The notes beneath the pieces were generated by a model, which saw only the letters and a list, made by a program, of their open reading frames with translations, did no database searches and was not told the origin of the DNA. The position numbers and the translations under genes were made by a program. A stretch of 63,826 nt of DNA, counting the filler, from Bradymonadales bacterium (GTDB lineage Bacteria > Bdellovibrionota > UBA2394), in the NCBI GenBank assembly GCA_007693605.1. It is 6 parts of 5 records of this genome, joined end to end, with 100 filler letters (N's around TTAATTAATTAA, not from the genome) between each part and the next. Parts side by side here need not be neighbours in the genome. Positions count along the whole stretch, not along the records: positions 2,143 to 23,371 come from REDG01000045.1; positions 23,472 to 51,841 come from REDG01000062.1; 4 more parts are not named here. One strand, given 5' to 3'. Shown here one piece after another: positions 14,337-23,645 of the stretch; the stretch's first letter is position 1; each line of letters opens with the position of its first letter.

Positions 14337-17300
14337 GTGATGAGAGGAAAACTTAAAATTCTAAAACGAAGTTCGGCTCAGACGCTGATTGAGCTGGCTT
14401 TGGTGATTGTGGGTGTCACGGCTTTTCTGGGTTTCAATTTGATTCTCTGGGGGATTTTTGATGTCAGTCAAAAGCAGACCATGCTGACAAGAACCCAAGC
14501 CTTTATTGAACTTGGCAACTATTCCGACTACGGCTTTCGGGCACATGGCCTTGATGAGGTAGAGAACGAAGAGAGCCAGGTTCGATTTTTTCTAGGCGAG
14601 AACAACCCCGGCACGCGAGTTAATATTGATGATCTGACCGACTTTCAACAGGCGCTTGGTGGAGAGTTGAATCTGACGGGGGAGGGCGGAGGAAATGATC
14701 AAACATTCTGGAGGAACTACGGCTTTCCGCGCGCGGTGGTTCGAATGGGTCGGACGCTGTTCTTTTCGCCTCAAGTCGCCCCTCTAGAGTTTCAATTTAG
14801 TCTCTACGAAGAGTTGGTGATTGCACACAACCGGAAAATCAATTTTGACGAAGATATTGGGGATAACAGGCTGCCAAGAAATTTTGTCACCGGCAGTGTT
14901 GATTTTCAGCGCTGGCTAAGACATTCCAATCAAGACATTCCGGTAATTGAAGACGGCGGGATGATTGACAACCGAGATGTTGCACTTGTGAGCTTGCGAG
15001 AGATTGTTCGATCAGATCCTTCTTTGGCCGAAGAAGCCGATCGAGTGGCCTCTAGAGTGAATGCTTCGGATTTTCTCTTGAGTGGAGCGGCAGCAGCCAT
15101 TATCAATACGGCCCTCTCTTTGGCCTTAGAGTTTGGGATGAATGCCATTGGCAATGCAATTTCAGGTGCGGGCGGATCGGCTGCCGGTGGGGCAGCGGGC
15201 TTTCCGCCGGGGGGTGGCGGGCCGAGCGTGGGGGGCAATCAGTTTGGCTTTCCGGGCTTTAGTGCGCCGAACTTTGTAGATGCCGCGACTCTGCACAACT
15301 TAGGCCAAGGCTTTACATTCGCCTCTCAATTGATGAACACCGCCAACCTCGGTTTGGCCTTGGCCGGTCAGAACAATCGAAACATGATGATGGCCACCAA
15401 TATTGTCGGAGGCGTGGGTGGAGTTTTCTCAGGGCTCTCGCAACTACAGTCCTTTCAGACCGGAATGCTCGGCACACAGAGTGTCACCGCTGGCATGAAG
15501 TCCGATCTCTTTGGGGGCTTGAGTCGAATCACAGGCGGGGCGGGCAGTATCGTCTCGACCTTCGATCCCGATCTAGGAAGAGCCCTTGGCATTGGAGCTT
15601 CTGGCTTAGGCGTGGTGGCCGGAGGCTTCGGCATTCACGAAAATCTTTCAGGCCCTGCTCGTTACGATGCGCAGGGCAATCTTCTCAGCTATCGAGACGA
15701 GTCCGGCAATTTCGCCCAAGCCGGTCAATTTCGACTGACCTCTGACATCGGAAATTTGATCTCGAACACGGGTGGCCTGGTGCAGGGCATTGCTCCCAAC
15801 AGTGATATCGGATTGGGCTTGAGTACCGTGGGTGGAGCCGTCAGTTTGGTTGGCGGGGTGGGCGTCACGGCCTATCGGTTGGAGTCTGGAGCCTATGACG
15901 GAAAGGCCTTTGCCTTGATGTCTGATGTCGGAGGTCTCATCAGTTCGGCCAGCGGTGTGGGGGTTGGATTTTCTCAGTTAAGCGGAAATGAATCCATGGC
16001 CGAGAAATTTGGTTACGGCTTGATTGTCGGCAGTGCGGTGGGAATGGCTGGAGGCGCGGGTCAGCTCACCCAGAGTTTGGTGGCCGGAGAGTTTGAAGGT
16101 TTTGGTCAGACCGCTCTGGCTGTGGGTGGAATTGTTTCGAGTGTTTCTGGTCTTGGTGCGACCGTGGCCGCGGCCACCGGCCAAGACGAGTGGGCCACAA
16201 ACTTGGGTTATGCCTCTCTAGTGGGGGGCGGAATCTCGGCGGTGGGAGCGGTGAGTCTGATGGGAGAGTCCATTGGTTCTTGGATGCAAACTCAAGGTGA
16301 TAAGAGACAAGGCCGAGAAGACGCTCGCAGGTTTATTGGCGAGAATGGATCCGATCCAGACGCTCTCCTTTCAGCTCATTCACAAGCCCTTTCGCTTTCG
16401 TCTGAGAGATCGCCCTCTTACTTGAGTTCTTTTCGAGGAGAGATTCAAGCGAATCTGATTCAAAATCATTCCGATCTTCCGGCCGTTCAGGATCTTTCTC
16501 CGGCGGGCTCCAGTGCTCGTGAAGAGCGGCCCTGGAATGCGGATCGTTGGAACGAGCTTACTGGACAAGTCTCTACTTGGAACGAGGGACTTCAGACAGG
16601 CCTTCAAGCGGCGCTCTCTGGCCTTCCCAGCTCGGGCAATGCGAATCAGAATTCCAATCTCAGCTCAGAGGCTCTTCAGGCGCAAGCCCTTGAAACTCAA
16701 AGGCAGCTCGCAATCGCCACCCAGAATGGATATGGCAGTGTCGCCTGGCTTCAGCAGGCTCTACCACAAACTCGAAATCTTCCTGAGAATCATTCGTTGA
16801 GTTCTGATCAAGTTCGCACCTATCAAAGAAACTCAGAGACGATACAAGCAGCGGTCGAGCATCTGAATGAAAATATTGAGAGGGGTCGACCTTTAGATCC
16901 TCAGATTATCGCCATGGGTCGACGGGCGGCAGAAGAGAACGAGGCCCTCTTGGGCCGCAGTCAAAGAAGAACCTGGGAAGACTATCAGACACCCGTCGCT
17001 CAAGGAAGCCGACCCGCTTTCGATGCAAACTCCTCATTTCCATACAACCTAGTGCAATTGGAGAGGGGCTCTCGTTTAAACTTTCAGTTCGAAGTCGAGG
17101 CCCTATCTTTGATGCTTCATGCCGAGAGAGAACTGGTCGGAAAGCGAGTGGTCGCCAATGTGCAAGAGAGAAGAAATCTTCAGAATATCGGAAGGGATCG
17201 CGCGCAACGACTGGGGAAGTATCGGCAAAGTCTTGAAGAAATTGACGCGAGTTTTGAATCTCGACTCAAAGTTGCCGAGAAAGCCTGGCGAGATATGAGA

Positions 17301-17414
17301 TTCGTCTCCCCAAAAGACGCTCTACAACAAATCGATCGAACTCTGCAGCAGCAAGAGGAATCCTATCAAAGAACGATGTCAGCTCTCCGCTCTGTGGCAA
17401 GTTCAAGGCGCTAA
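14337..17414 (+). CDS. 1025-aa pilin-tagged protein with Gly-rich hydrophobic hairpin repeats and coiled-coil C-terminus
   Basis: KRSSA|QTLIELALVIVG prepilin-like N-terminus; G/A/S/V/L-rich central region at about 15080-16270. Confidence 0.7.
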   Translation: MMRGKLKILKRSSAQTLIELALVIVGVTAFLGFNLILWGIFDVSQKQTMLTRTQAFIELGNYSDYGFRAHGLDEVENEESQVRFFLGENNPGTRVNIDDLTDFQQALGGELNLTGEGGGNDQTFWRNYGFPRAVVRMGRTLFFSPQVAPLEFQFSLYEELVIAHNRKINFDEDIGDNRLPRNFVTGSVDFQRWLRHSNQDIPVIEDGGMIDNRDVALVSLREIVRSDPSLAEEADRVASRVNASDFLLSGAAAAIINTALSLALEFGMNAIGNAISGAGGSAAGGAAGFPPGGGGPSVGGNQFGFPGFSAPNFVDAATLHNLGQGFTFASQLMNTANLGLALAGQNNRNMMMATNIVGGVGGVFSGLSQLQSFQTGMLGTQSVTAGMKSDLFGGLSRITGGAGSIVSTFDPDLGRALGIGASGLGVVAGGFGIHENLSGPARYDAQGNLLSYRDESGNFAQAGQFRLTSDIGNLISNTGGLVQGIAPNSDIGLGLSTVGGAVSLVGGVGVTAYRLESGAYDGKAFALMSDVGGLISSASGVGVGFSQLSGNESMAEKFGYGLIVGSAVGMAGGAGQLTQSLVAGEFEGFGQTALAVGGIVSSVSGLGATVAAATGQDEWATNLGYASLVGGGISAVGAVSLMGESIGSWMQTQGDKRQGREDARRFIGENGSDPDALLSAHSQALSLSSERSPSYLSSFRGEIQANLIQNHSDLPAVQDLSPAGSSAREERPWNADRWNELTGQVSTWNEGLQTGLQAALSGLPSSGNANQNSNLSSEALQAQALETQRQLAIATQNGYGSVAWLQQALPQTRNLPENHSLSSDQVRTYQRNSETIQAAVEHLNENIERGRPLDPQIIAMGRRAAEENEALLGRSQRRTWEDYQTPVAQGSRPAFDANSSFPYNLVQLERGSRLNFQFEVEALSLMLHAERELVGKRVVANVQERRNLQNIGRDRAQRLGKYRQSLEEIDASFESRLKVAEKAWRDMRFVSPKDALQQIDRTLQQQEESYQRTMSALRSVASSRR

Positions 17415-17515
17415 CGCAAGTCGCCATGAGATTTCGGGAACTTGTAGATTCTTCGGCATCGAATCAATCGTGTCTGAGCGAGTAAAATAAAACTGCGAGG
17501 AACTGAACAAAAGTC

Positions 17516-18382
17516 ATGGAAAATCGTCGAGCGATTATATGGTCCGTTTCAGCCGCCATTGTGGCTGCCTTCGCCTATTACTTGGCGGTGAACAAAGCTG
17601 TGGATAACCGAATTGGTGATCTTGATCGAACGGTGAATGTTTTAGTCGCTCGAAGAGATATCCCTCGAGATGCAGAGATTGATCAAAGCATGTTAGAGCG
17701 CAGAGCCTTTCCGATCGCCTTTGCTCACGACGAAATGGCCAGGACTGAGAGAGAAGTCGTGGGCCAAGTCGCATTGGCCACCTTTCGAGCGGGAGAGCCA
17801 ATCTTTCGAAACAAGCTAGTGCCCGCTGATGAAGTGGCCATTAACAGAAGAATTCCAGAGGGGCATCGGGCGGTTTCAATCGGTATTCGCGATCCACAAG
17901 ATGTGATCGGTGTGGGCGGGCTTCTGAGACCAGGTCATTTTGTGGATATCTTGGTCACCATGTTCGTGAACACCCAAGAGATCGAATCAGGCGATCGATC
18001 AGCGCAAATCATCATTGACGAGGCCAGGCGCTTAAAGGCTGAAACTCGCACGATCTTTCAGAATGTTCGAATATTATCAGTGGGTAGAGATTTTCGATTG
18101 GAAACGGCGAATGTCAGTCGCGCTCAGGGCCCAGGCTTTCAGTCTTCGCAGCAAACCAATATCACGGTGGCTCTGCCGCCGGCAGATGTTCAGAAGTTGG
18201 TATTGGCTCAACAAGTGGGTCAGATCATGATCGCTCTTCGTCGATTCAACGAAACTGAAATTGTGGATCTCGATTTCTTGGATCCGTTTAGGGCCTTTGG
18301 AATTCAGTTGCCAGTCGTCTCGGGGCCGCCGCCCGCTTATCGAGAAATCAGGGGAGGACAAGTTGTTGCAGCACCATTCTAA
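17516..18382 (+). CDS. cpaB: Flp pilus assembly protein CpaB/RcpC
   Basis: VLVARRDIP (SAF domain)...IPEGHRAVSI...GVGGLLRPGHFVDILVT...FQNVRILSVG. Confidence 0.92.
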   Translation: MENRRAIIWSVSAAIVAAFAYYLAVNKAVDNRIGDLDRTVNVLVARRDIPRDAEIDQSMLERRAFPIAFAHDEMARTEREVVGQVALATFRAGEPIFRNKLVPADEVAINRRIPEGHRAVSIGIRDPQDVIGVGGLLRPGHFVDILVTMFVNTQEIESGDRSAQIIIDEARRLKAETRTIFQNVRILSVGRDFRLETANVSRAQGPGFQSSQQTNITVALPPADVQKLVLAQQVGQIMIALRRFNETEIVDLDFLDPFRAFGIQLPVVSGPPPAYREIRGGQVVAAPF

Positions 18383-19934
18383 AATTTGCCGAATTCTCAT
18401 TTGCGCCGGAAGTTTAATTCTTTTGGGGCCCGCTCTTCAGCAGCCTGCAAATGCCCAGACCGATGTGATTGTCGAAGATCGAAGGCCCGCCCGAGGCTCT
18501 CAGATTCGGCAGCGAGAGTTGTTGTTGGTTCGAGATGTGCCGCGCACTCTTGAGTTTGACTATGATATTGGAGAGATCGCCATCGGAAATCCACAGATTT
18601 CTTCAGTAGTCGTGGACCGACCAAGACGCCGAATGGTTTTGAGCCCTCTCACACCCGGAGAAACAGCTCTCTTGGTTTTTGACACCAGAGGAGTTCAAAG
18701 AGACGCGGTTCAACTGGTCGTGACATCAACCGATCTAGATCAGTTTATTCGAGACCTGGGCTTCACCTTTCGCGACATCGAAGGTCTGACTTCTCGGCGA
18801 GTCGGAAATCGAATTGTACTGGAAGGCGAGGTCTATCTTCAGTCCGATATGGAACGAATTCAAGAAGTCTTGAGAGGAAATGACTTTGTAGTGAATCTTG
18901 TTACTTTGTCTCAAGACACTCAAAGAATTCTGGCGAGAAGAATTCGTGACGAGATTAATATCTCGGGCGTTCAAGTCGACACGGTTCGAGATCGCATTGT
19001 TCTGAAAGGCGAAGTCTCATCAGATCAAGAAAAAGAAAGGGCCGAGCAGATTGCTCGAATCTATGTCAGTGGAGATCGGCTCGTGAATGTGATTGCGGTC
19101 AATCCCGACCGAAGATCGGCTCGACCCGCACGCCTCATTCAAGTCTCAGCCCATTTTGTAGAACTCAACAAATCCTTTCTTCGGTACTTCAATTTCTCTT
19201 GGACGCCCATCACCAGCGTTTCTGCAACGACGGCCTTTCCCAGAGGTTTGACAGCTTCTGGAAGAAGCTTTGATCTCTTTGCGGTGGTCACAGACTTTTT
19301 GCCCCGCCTCGATACGGCCAAAGCTCTGGGTGTTGCGAGGGTTTTTGAGAACCCCACGATTTCTGTGAAAAGTGGCGACGCCGCATCCATTCAGTCGGGG
19401 GGCTCTTTGATTTTGCCGATCACTTCGCCCAATTTGTCTAGTCCGGCATTTTCTGAGCCGATCAATATCGGGGTGACTCTTAATGTGACTCCGACTGCCG
19501 ATGAAAGGGATTTTGTCGATATGCAAGTGGGCGTGGAGGTCTCAAGTTTGGGTAGTTCACCCAGAGGGACGGCCGCAGGGGATGGGGTTCTTTTGAACAC
19601 CTCTTCCGTTTCAACCACTCACTATGTTCGAACCGGAGAGACGGTGGCCCTGGGTGGGGTGATGCGGTCGGCTTTCACCGATGTGAGAGATGCGCCCCCA
19701 AATGCTCCCTTTACTTCGGGTTTCAATCCGAGCGTGCAGCTAGAGAGTAGTGTAGGAAATTTGTTTCAAGTCTTTAAGAATCGATCGATCACTGCCGACC
19801 GGTCTATGTTTATTGTCTTTATCACTCCTGAAGTTTTGGTCTCTGCGAGAGAGGCTTCAAGAAGTCTAAGGGAGCAAATGAATTTACGAGGGGTGAGAGC
19901 TTTTGAGCTCGATGAGATAGACGAGTTGAATTAA
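18363..19934 (+). CDS. cpaC: Tad secretin CpaC/RcpA with pilus-formation N-domain and BON-like domains
   Basis: IAIGNPQI...GETALLVFD...IQVSAHFVELNK...ENPTISVKSGDAASIQSGG...VFITPEVL. TTG start follows GGAGGA. Confidence 0.88.
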   Translation: MLQHHSKICRILICAGSLILLGPALQQPANAQTDVIVEDRRPARGSQIRQRELLLVRDVPRTLEFDYDIGEIAIGNPQISSVVVDRPRRRMVLSPLTPGETALLVFDTRGVQRDAVQLVVTSTDLDQFIRDLGFTFRDIEGLTSRRVGNRIVLEGEVYLQSDMERIQEVLRGNDFVVNLVTLSQDTQRILARRIRDEINISGVQVDTVRDRIVLKGEVSSDQEKERAEQIARIYVSGDRLVNVIAVNPDRRSARPARLIQVSAHFVELNKSFLRYFNFSWTPITSVSATTAFPRGLTASGRSFDLFAVVTDFLPRLDTAKALGVARVFENPTISVKSGDAASIQSGGSLILPITSPNLSSPAFSEPINIGVTLNVTPTADERDFVDMQVGVEVSSLGSSPRGTAAGDGVLLNTSSVSTTHYVRTGETVALGGVMRSAFTDVRDAPPNAPFTSGFNPSVQLESSVGNLFQVFKNRSITADRSMFIVFITPEVLVSAREASRSLREQMNLRGVRAFELDEIDELN

Positions 19935-19936
19935 AA

Positions 19937-22342
19937 ATGGGTATTTTGATAGCAGTCACAGGCGGAAAAGACGGGGTGGGGAAAACCACCCTTTCTCTGC
20001 ATTTGGCCTACAGCTTACTGAAGAATGCGAAGCAGCGCACTTGTTTGATCGAGGCCGACCCATACAATTTCGGCGATCTCTCCGTTCTGTTGGCAAGCAA
20101 GCAGATCAAGAGCTTTACCGACTTTTGTTCTCAGGTAGGTCGAATGGACTCTCGCCTGGCTGCGAATTGGGCCGGGGCTCATCCCACAGGCTTAAGCCTT
20201 ATGTCGGCTGCCAACTTTCCGAAAGACTTTCAGAACCTTGAAGATGAGAATGTCATCAAGGCTCTTCAGCTGCTCAAGAGGGCATTCGATGTGGTGGTGA
20301 TTGATGCTGGTCGAGACATCAACCCTTTGAGTTTCAGGGTCTTTGAAAATTCTGATTTGATTTTCTTGGTGACCGACGCTGACATCATTTCAGCCAACCG
20401 GACTGGGGAGCTTCTGAAAAATCTTCGTTCTCTTCATTTCGGAAATGAATCTTTCCGAGTGATTATCAATCGATTTGAGCAGAAGTCTGTGGTGAACCCG
20501 AGCACACTGAAACAAAAGTTCAATCTAGATGCGAAGATTCTTTTGCCGACGGATTCGGCAGGGCTTCAGCAGAGTGTTTCAATGGCCAGGCCGCTTCATG
20601 CCATCAATCCGAAGTCTCCATATCTGATTGGCCTCGACCAGGCTCTTCGGGCCGTCCATCCCTTCTTGCAGGGAGGGTCTTCGGGGACGGTGGTGACGGG
20701 AAAGAATCAGTCCCTTGAGGTCTTGAATTCTCTTCTCCCGTTTCGGGCGGCGGGGGCCGGCGCGTCTTTAGAGGTTCCGGCAAGAGGTTCGATTCCCGAT
20801 CCCATCAAAGAGAGAAATCTCAGAATTCGAACCCGAGTGCACGAAAGACTTCTTGAGTTGGTCGATCTTCGAGAAATGGATCCTCTTGAGCTTGAGAGAG
20901 ATCCCAAAAAGAAGGAGGAGTTGAAGTCTAAAACCGTGCAGGCCATTCATCAGTTGCTAGAACAAGAGGCAAAAGATGTGTCGGATCGACAGGAGAGAGC
21001 CCTTCTTGCACAAGAGTTGGTAGATGAGGCTCTGGGCCTAGGCCCGATCGAGGCTCTTCTTCGCAGCGAGTCGGTTAGCGAGATCATGGTGAACGGCAAA
21101 GATATGATTTATGTCGAGCAGAACGGAAAGCTCACTCTGTCTGATCTTTATTTTACGGGCGACAAGCAGCTATTGGGTTGTATCGAGAGAATTCTGATGC
21201 CCATTGGAAGACGGGTGGACGAGAAAACTCCCCTGGCAGACGGTCGTTTAAGAGACGGTTCTCGTATCAATGTCATCATTCCTCCCCTAGCCCTTTCAGG
21301 GCCAACTTTGACCATTCGAAAGTTCTTCAAAGAAAAACTTCAAGTGGAGGATCTCGTTCGTTTTGGAAGCTTGACCGACGAGATGGGAGATTTTCTTCGG
21401 GCTGCCGTCGAGGCCAAGTTAAATGTTGTGGTTAGCGGGGGTACGGGTACTGGTAAGACGACTCTGTTGAATTTGGTCTCGGGCTTCATTCCAAACGACG
21501 AGAGAATTGTGACGGTAGAAGACGCGGCAGAACTTCAACTGCCTCAAGATCATGTCATTACCCTAGAGACGAAGCCCGCGAATTTGCAGGGCGAAGGCTC
21601 GATTAGCATACGAGATCTCGTGCGAAACTCGCTTCGAATGAGGCCCGATCGAATTGTGGTCGGAGAGTGTCGAGGTGGCGAAGCCTTGGATATGCTTCAA
21701 GCGATGAATACAGGGCACGACGGATCCTTAACCACCGTTCATGCGAACAATCCCAGAGATTGCTTGAGGCGACTCGAGACTCTGGTGATGATGGCAGGTT
21801 TTGATTTGCCGATGGTCGCGATTCGTGAACAGATTGCTTCGGCAGTGAATCTCATTGTTCAGCTTCGTCGGTATAGTGATGGGACTCGAAAAATCAGTCA
21901 TATCACTGAGGTCATGGGTCTGGAGGGCGAGACCATGGTGACTCAGCCCATTTTTGAGTTTAAGCAGACGGGCACCAACGAAAAAGGAAAGGTGATTGGA
22001 AACTTCCAGCCCTCTGGTTTGATTCCGAAGTTCGTCGAGTCTCTCAAGGCGAAGGGAATCTCTTTGCCGAAAGGGCTCTTTGGGGGAGGGGCTTTGCCCA
22101 ATCGATCTTCAGATCGATCAAGTTCTTCTGAAACCAAGCAGTTGAGCCAATCGGATTCGAAGTCCAAAACAGAGGCGGCCACTCCAGAAGCCCCCATGGC
22201 TCGAAAGCCTGTGGGTTCAAGTAAAGACGAAGCGAATCTCTCAAGGTCGAGCCCATCGAGAGGCTTTCGGCCCCCTGCACCCGTTAAGAAAAACCCAGCA
22301 CGAATTCCGACTCGAAATCCTCACGGGGGGAAGAAGCCGTGA
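19937..22342 (+). CDS. cpaF: Fused CpaE/TadZ (MinD-like) and CpaF/TadA ATPase
   Basis: N-terminal GGKDGVGKTT and FDVVVIDAG; C-terminal SGGTGTGKTT, LRMRPDRIVVGECRG and AMNTGHDG. Confidence 0.92.
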   Translation: MGILIAVTGGKDGVGKTTLSLHLAYSLLKNAKQRTCLIEADPYNFGDLSVLLASKQIKSFTDFCSQVGRMDSRLAANWAGAHPTGLSLMSAANFPKDFQNLEDENVIKALQLLKRAFDVVVIDAGRDINPLSFRVFENSDLIFLVTDADIISANRTGELLKNLRSLHFGNESFRVIINRFEQKSVVNPSTLKQKFNLDAKILLPTDSAGLQQSVSMARPLHAINPKSPYLIGLDQALRAVHPFLQGGSSGTVVTGKNQSLEVLNSLLPFRAAGAGASLEVPARGSIPDPIKERNLRIRTRVHERLLELVDLREMDPLELERDPKKKEELKSKTVQAIHQLLEQEAKDVSDRQERALLAQELVDEALGLGPIEALLRSESVSEIMVNGKDMIYVEQNGKLTLSDLYFTGDKQLLGCIERILMPIGRRVDEKTPLADGRLRDGSRINVIIPPLALSGPTLTIRKFFKEKLQVEDLVRFGSLTDEMGDFLRAAVEAKLNVVVSGGTGTGKTTLLNLVSGFIPNDERIVTVEDAAELQLPQDHVITLETKPANLQGEGSISIRDLVRNSLRMRPDRIVVGECRGGEALDMLQAMNTGHDGSLTTVHANNPRDCLRRLETLVMMAGFDLPMVAIREQIASAVNLIVQLRRYSDGTRKISHITEVMGLEGETMVTQPIFEFKQTGTNEKGKVIGNFQPSGLIPKFVESLKAKGISLPKGLFGGGALPNRSSDRSSSSETKQLSQSDSKSKTEAATPEAPMARKPVGSSKDEANLSRSSPSRGFRPPAPVKKNPARIPTRNPHGGKKP

Positions 22343-23232
22343 GTGTCGCGGGCTTTCAAAGCTTAGGTCTGATGTCTGTCGGCCTGAGTGTCGTTTTTAT
22401 ATTTGTATTTTGGTTCATTTACTCACGATATTCCGAGTGGGAGACGAAGGCGCGCGAGGGAATGTCTGACTACGCAGCCGAGCTCTACGATTTGTTTGAT
22501 CGAATGTTCATGCGCCAAAACTTGAATCGCTGTTACAGTTTGATCATCATTTCAACGGCGGTGGCGGGCTTTGTTGGATTTAGTATCGGCCTGAGTGTTT
22601 CTCTTTTTTTCGGAGTGATTGCTGCCGCCCTTGGAGGGATGCTGGGCTTTCGACTTCCTGGGCTGATTGTTAAGGCTATGTTTCAGAGGCGGCTTTCGAA
22701 ATTCAATCTTCAGTTGATTGATGCCTTAAATATGATGTCTAATGCGATTCGATCAGGACTTTCGTTTATGCAAGTGATTCAGATTCTGGAGGCGGAGTTG
22801 GATGACCCGGCCTCTCAGGAGTTTTCAATGGTTTTGAAAGAGAATCGAGTCGGGGTGAATTTGAACGACGCACTTTTGAATATGACGAATCGAGTGCCCT
22901 CTGAAGACCTTTTTATGATCATCAATTCGGTCGTGACGCTCTCTCAGCAAGGGGGAGATCTCTCGGAAGCATTTGATACGATTGCGCACACCATTCGAGA
23001 GCGGCAAAGAGTCGCCTCCAAAATTCGAACGATGGCTCAGGCTGGAATGACCCAAGCCACGATTTTGGGGATTCTTCCCTTTGTGATGATGGGGCTACTT
23101 TATTTTGTGCAACCCGACTCAATGGTTCTGCTTTTCACGACTCCCTTAGGTCTTGGGATGGTCATCGTGATGCTAACGCTGATTGGCCTAGGGGTCTTCT
23201 GGATGAAGAAAATTCTGACGATTGATGTCTAA
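22339..23232 (+). CDS. tadB: Tad pilus platform protein TadB
   Basis: FNLQLIDALNMMSNAIRSGLS...QQGGDLSEAFDTIAHTIRER...IRTMAQAG. Confidence 0.9.
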   Translation: MSVAGFQSLGLMSVGLSVVFIFVFWFIYSRYSEWETKAREGMSDYAAELYDLFDRMFMRQNLNRCYSLIIISTAVAGFVGFSIGLSVSLFFGVIAAALGGMLGFRLPGLIVKAMFQRRLSKFNLQLIDALNMMSNAIRSGLSFMQVIQILEAELDDPASQEFSMVLKENRVGVNLNDALLNMTNRVPSEDLFMIINSVVTLSQQGGDLSEAFDTIAHTIRERQRVASKIRTMAQAGMTQATILGILPFVMMGLLYFVQPDSMVLLFTTPLGLGMVIVMLTLIGLGVFWMKKILTIDV

Positions 23233-23371
23233 CCCGTCTATTGCCTCTCTCCAGCTTCCTAAGCCAATCTCCCCATCTCAAGTGTCAGGTATCTCTTCAA
23301 CCTGAAGAACCTGCGCTGTAGTTCATGGAGACATTCCTGACACTGGGCTGTAGCAGTGTCCCTCAGCCGAG

Positions 23372-23471
23372 NNNNNNNNNNNNNNNNNNNNNNNNNNNNN
23401 NNNNNNNNNNNNNNNTTAATTAATTAANNNNNNNNNNNNNNNNNNNNNNNNNNNNNNNNNNNNNNNNNNNN
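23372..23471. other. Artificial contig spacer
   Basis: N-run/TTAATTAATTAA/N-run. Confidence 0.97.
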
Positions 23472-23570
23472 CTCTGTGGCTGGGATGGAATATGGAATCG
23501 AGTACAAACAGTCTGCCCCACTTAATGGTGTAGAGCCTACCTGTGATGGCTAAGAAGCGAGATTTTAGAA

Positions 23571-23645
23571 TCGGGAAGAGAGGATTCGAACCTCCGACCC
23601 CTAGTTCCCAAAACTAGTGCTCTAGCCAGGCTGAGCTACTTCCCG
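23571..23645 (-). tRNA. tRNA-Pro(TGG), CCA not encoded
   Basis: Reverse complement CGGGAAGTAGCTCAGCCTGGCTAGAGCA-CTAGT-TTTGGGA-ACTAG-GGGTC-GGAGG-TTCGAAT-CCTCT-CTTCCCG-A folds as a cloverleaf. Confidence 0.95.

Noticed and set aside
14930..15238. Pro/Ala-rich minus-strand ORF and the many other short overlapping ORFs in the track
   Set aside because: They are shadows or alternative frames of well-supported genes and have no motifs of their own.
18261..18362. Long N-terminal extensions in the ORF track (secretin; also ppsR, dcd, ccmE, desaturase and the 10024 ORF)
   Set aside because: Downstream starts have better RBS, signal-peptide or family-boundary support and avoid long overlaps.
23232..23645. 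Tad locus apparently ending next to tRNA-Pro, as if it were an integrated island
   Set aside because: An artificial spacer separates them, so the adjacency is not evidence. No integrase is seen.
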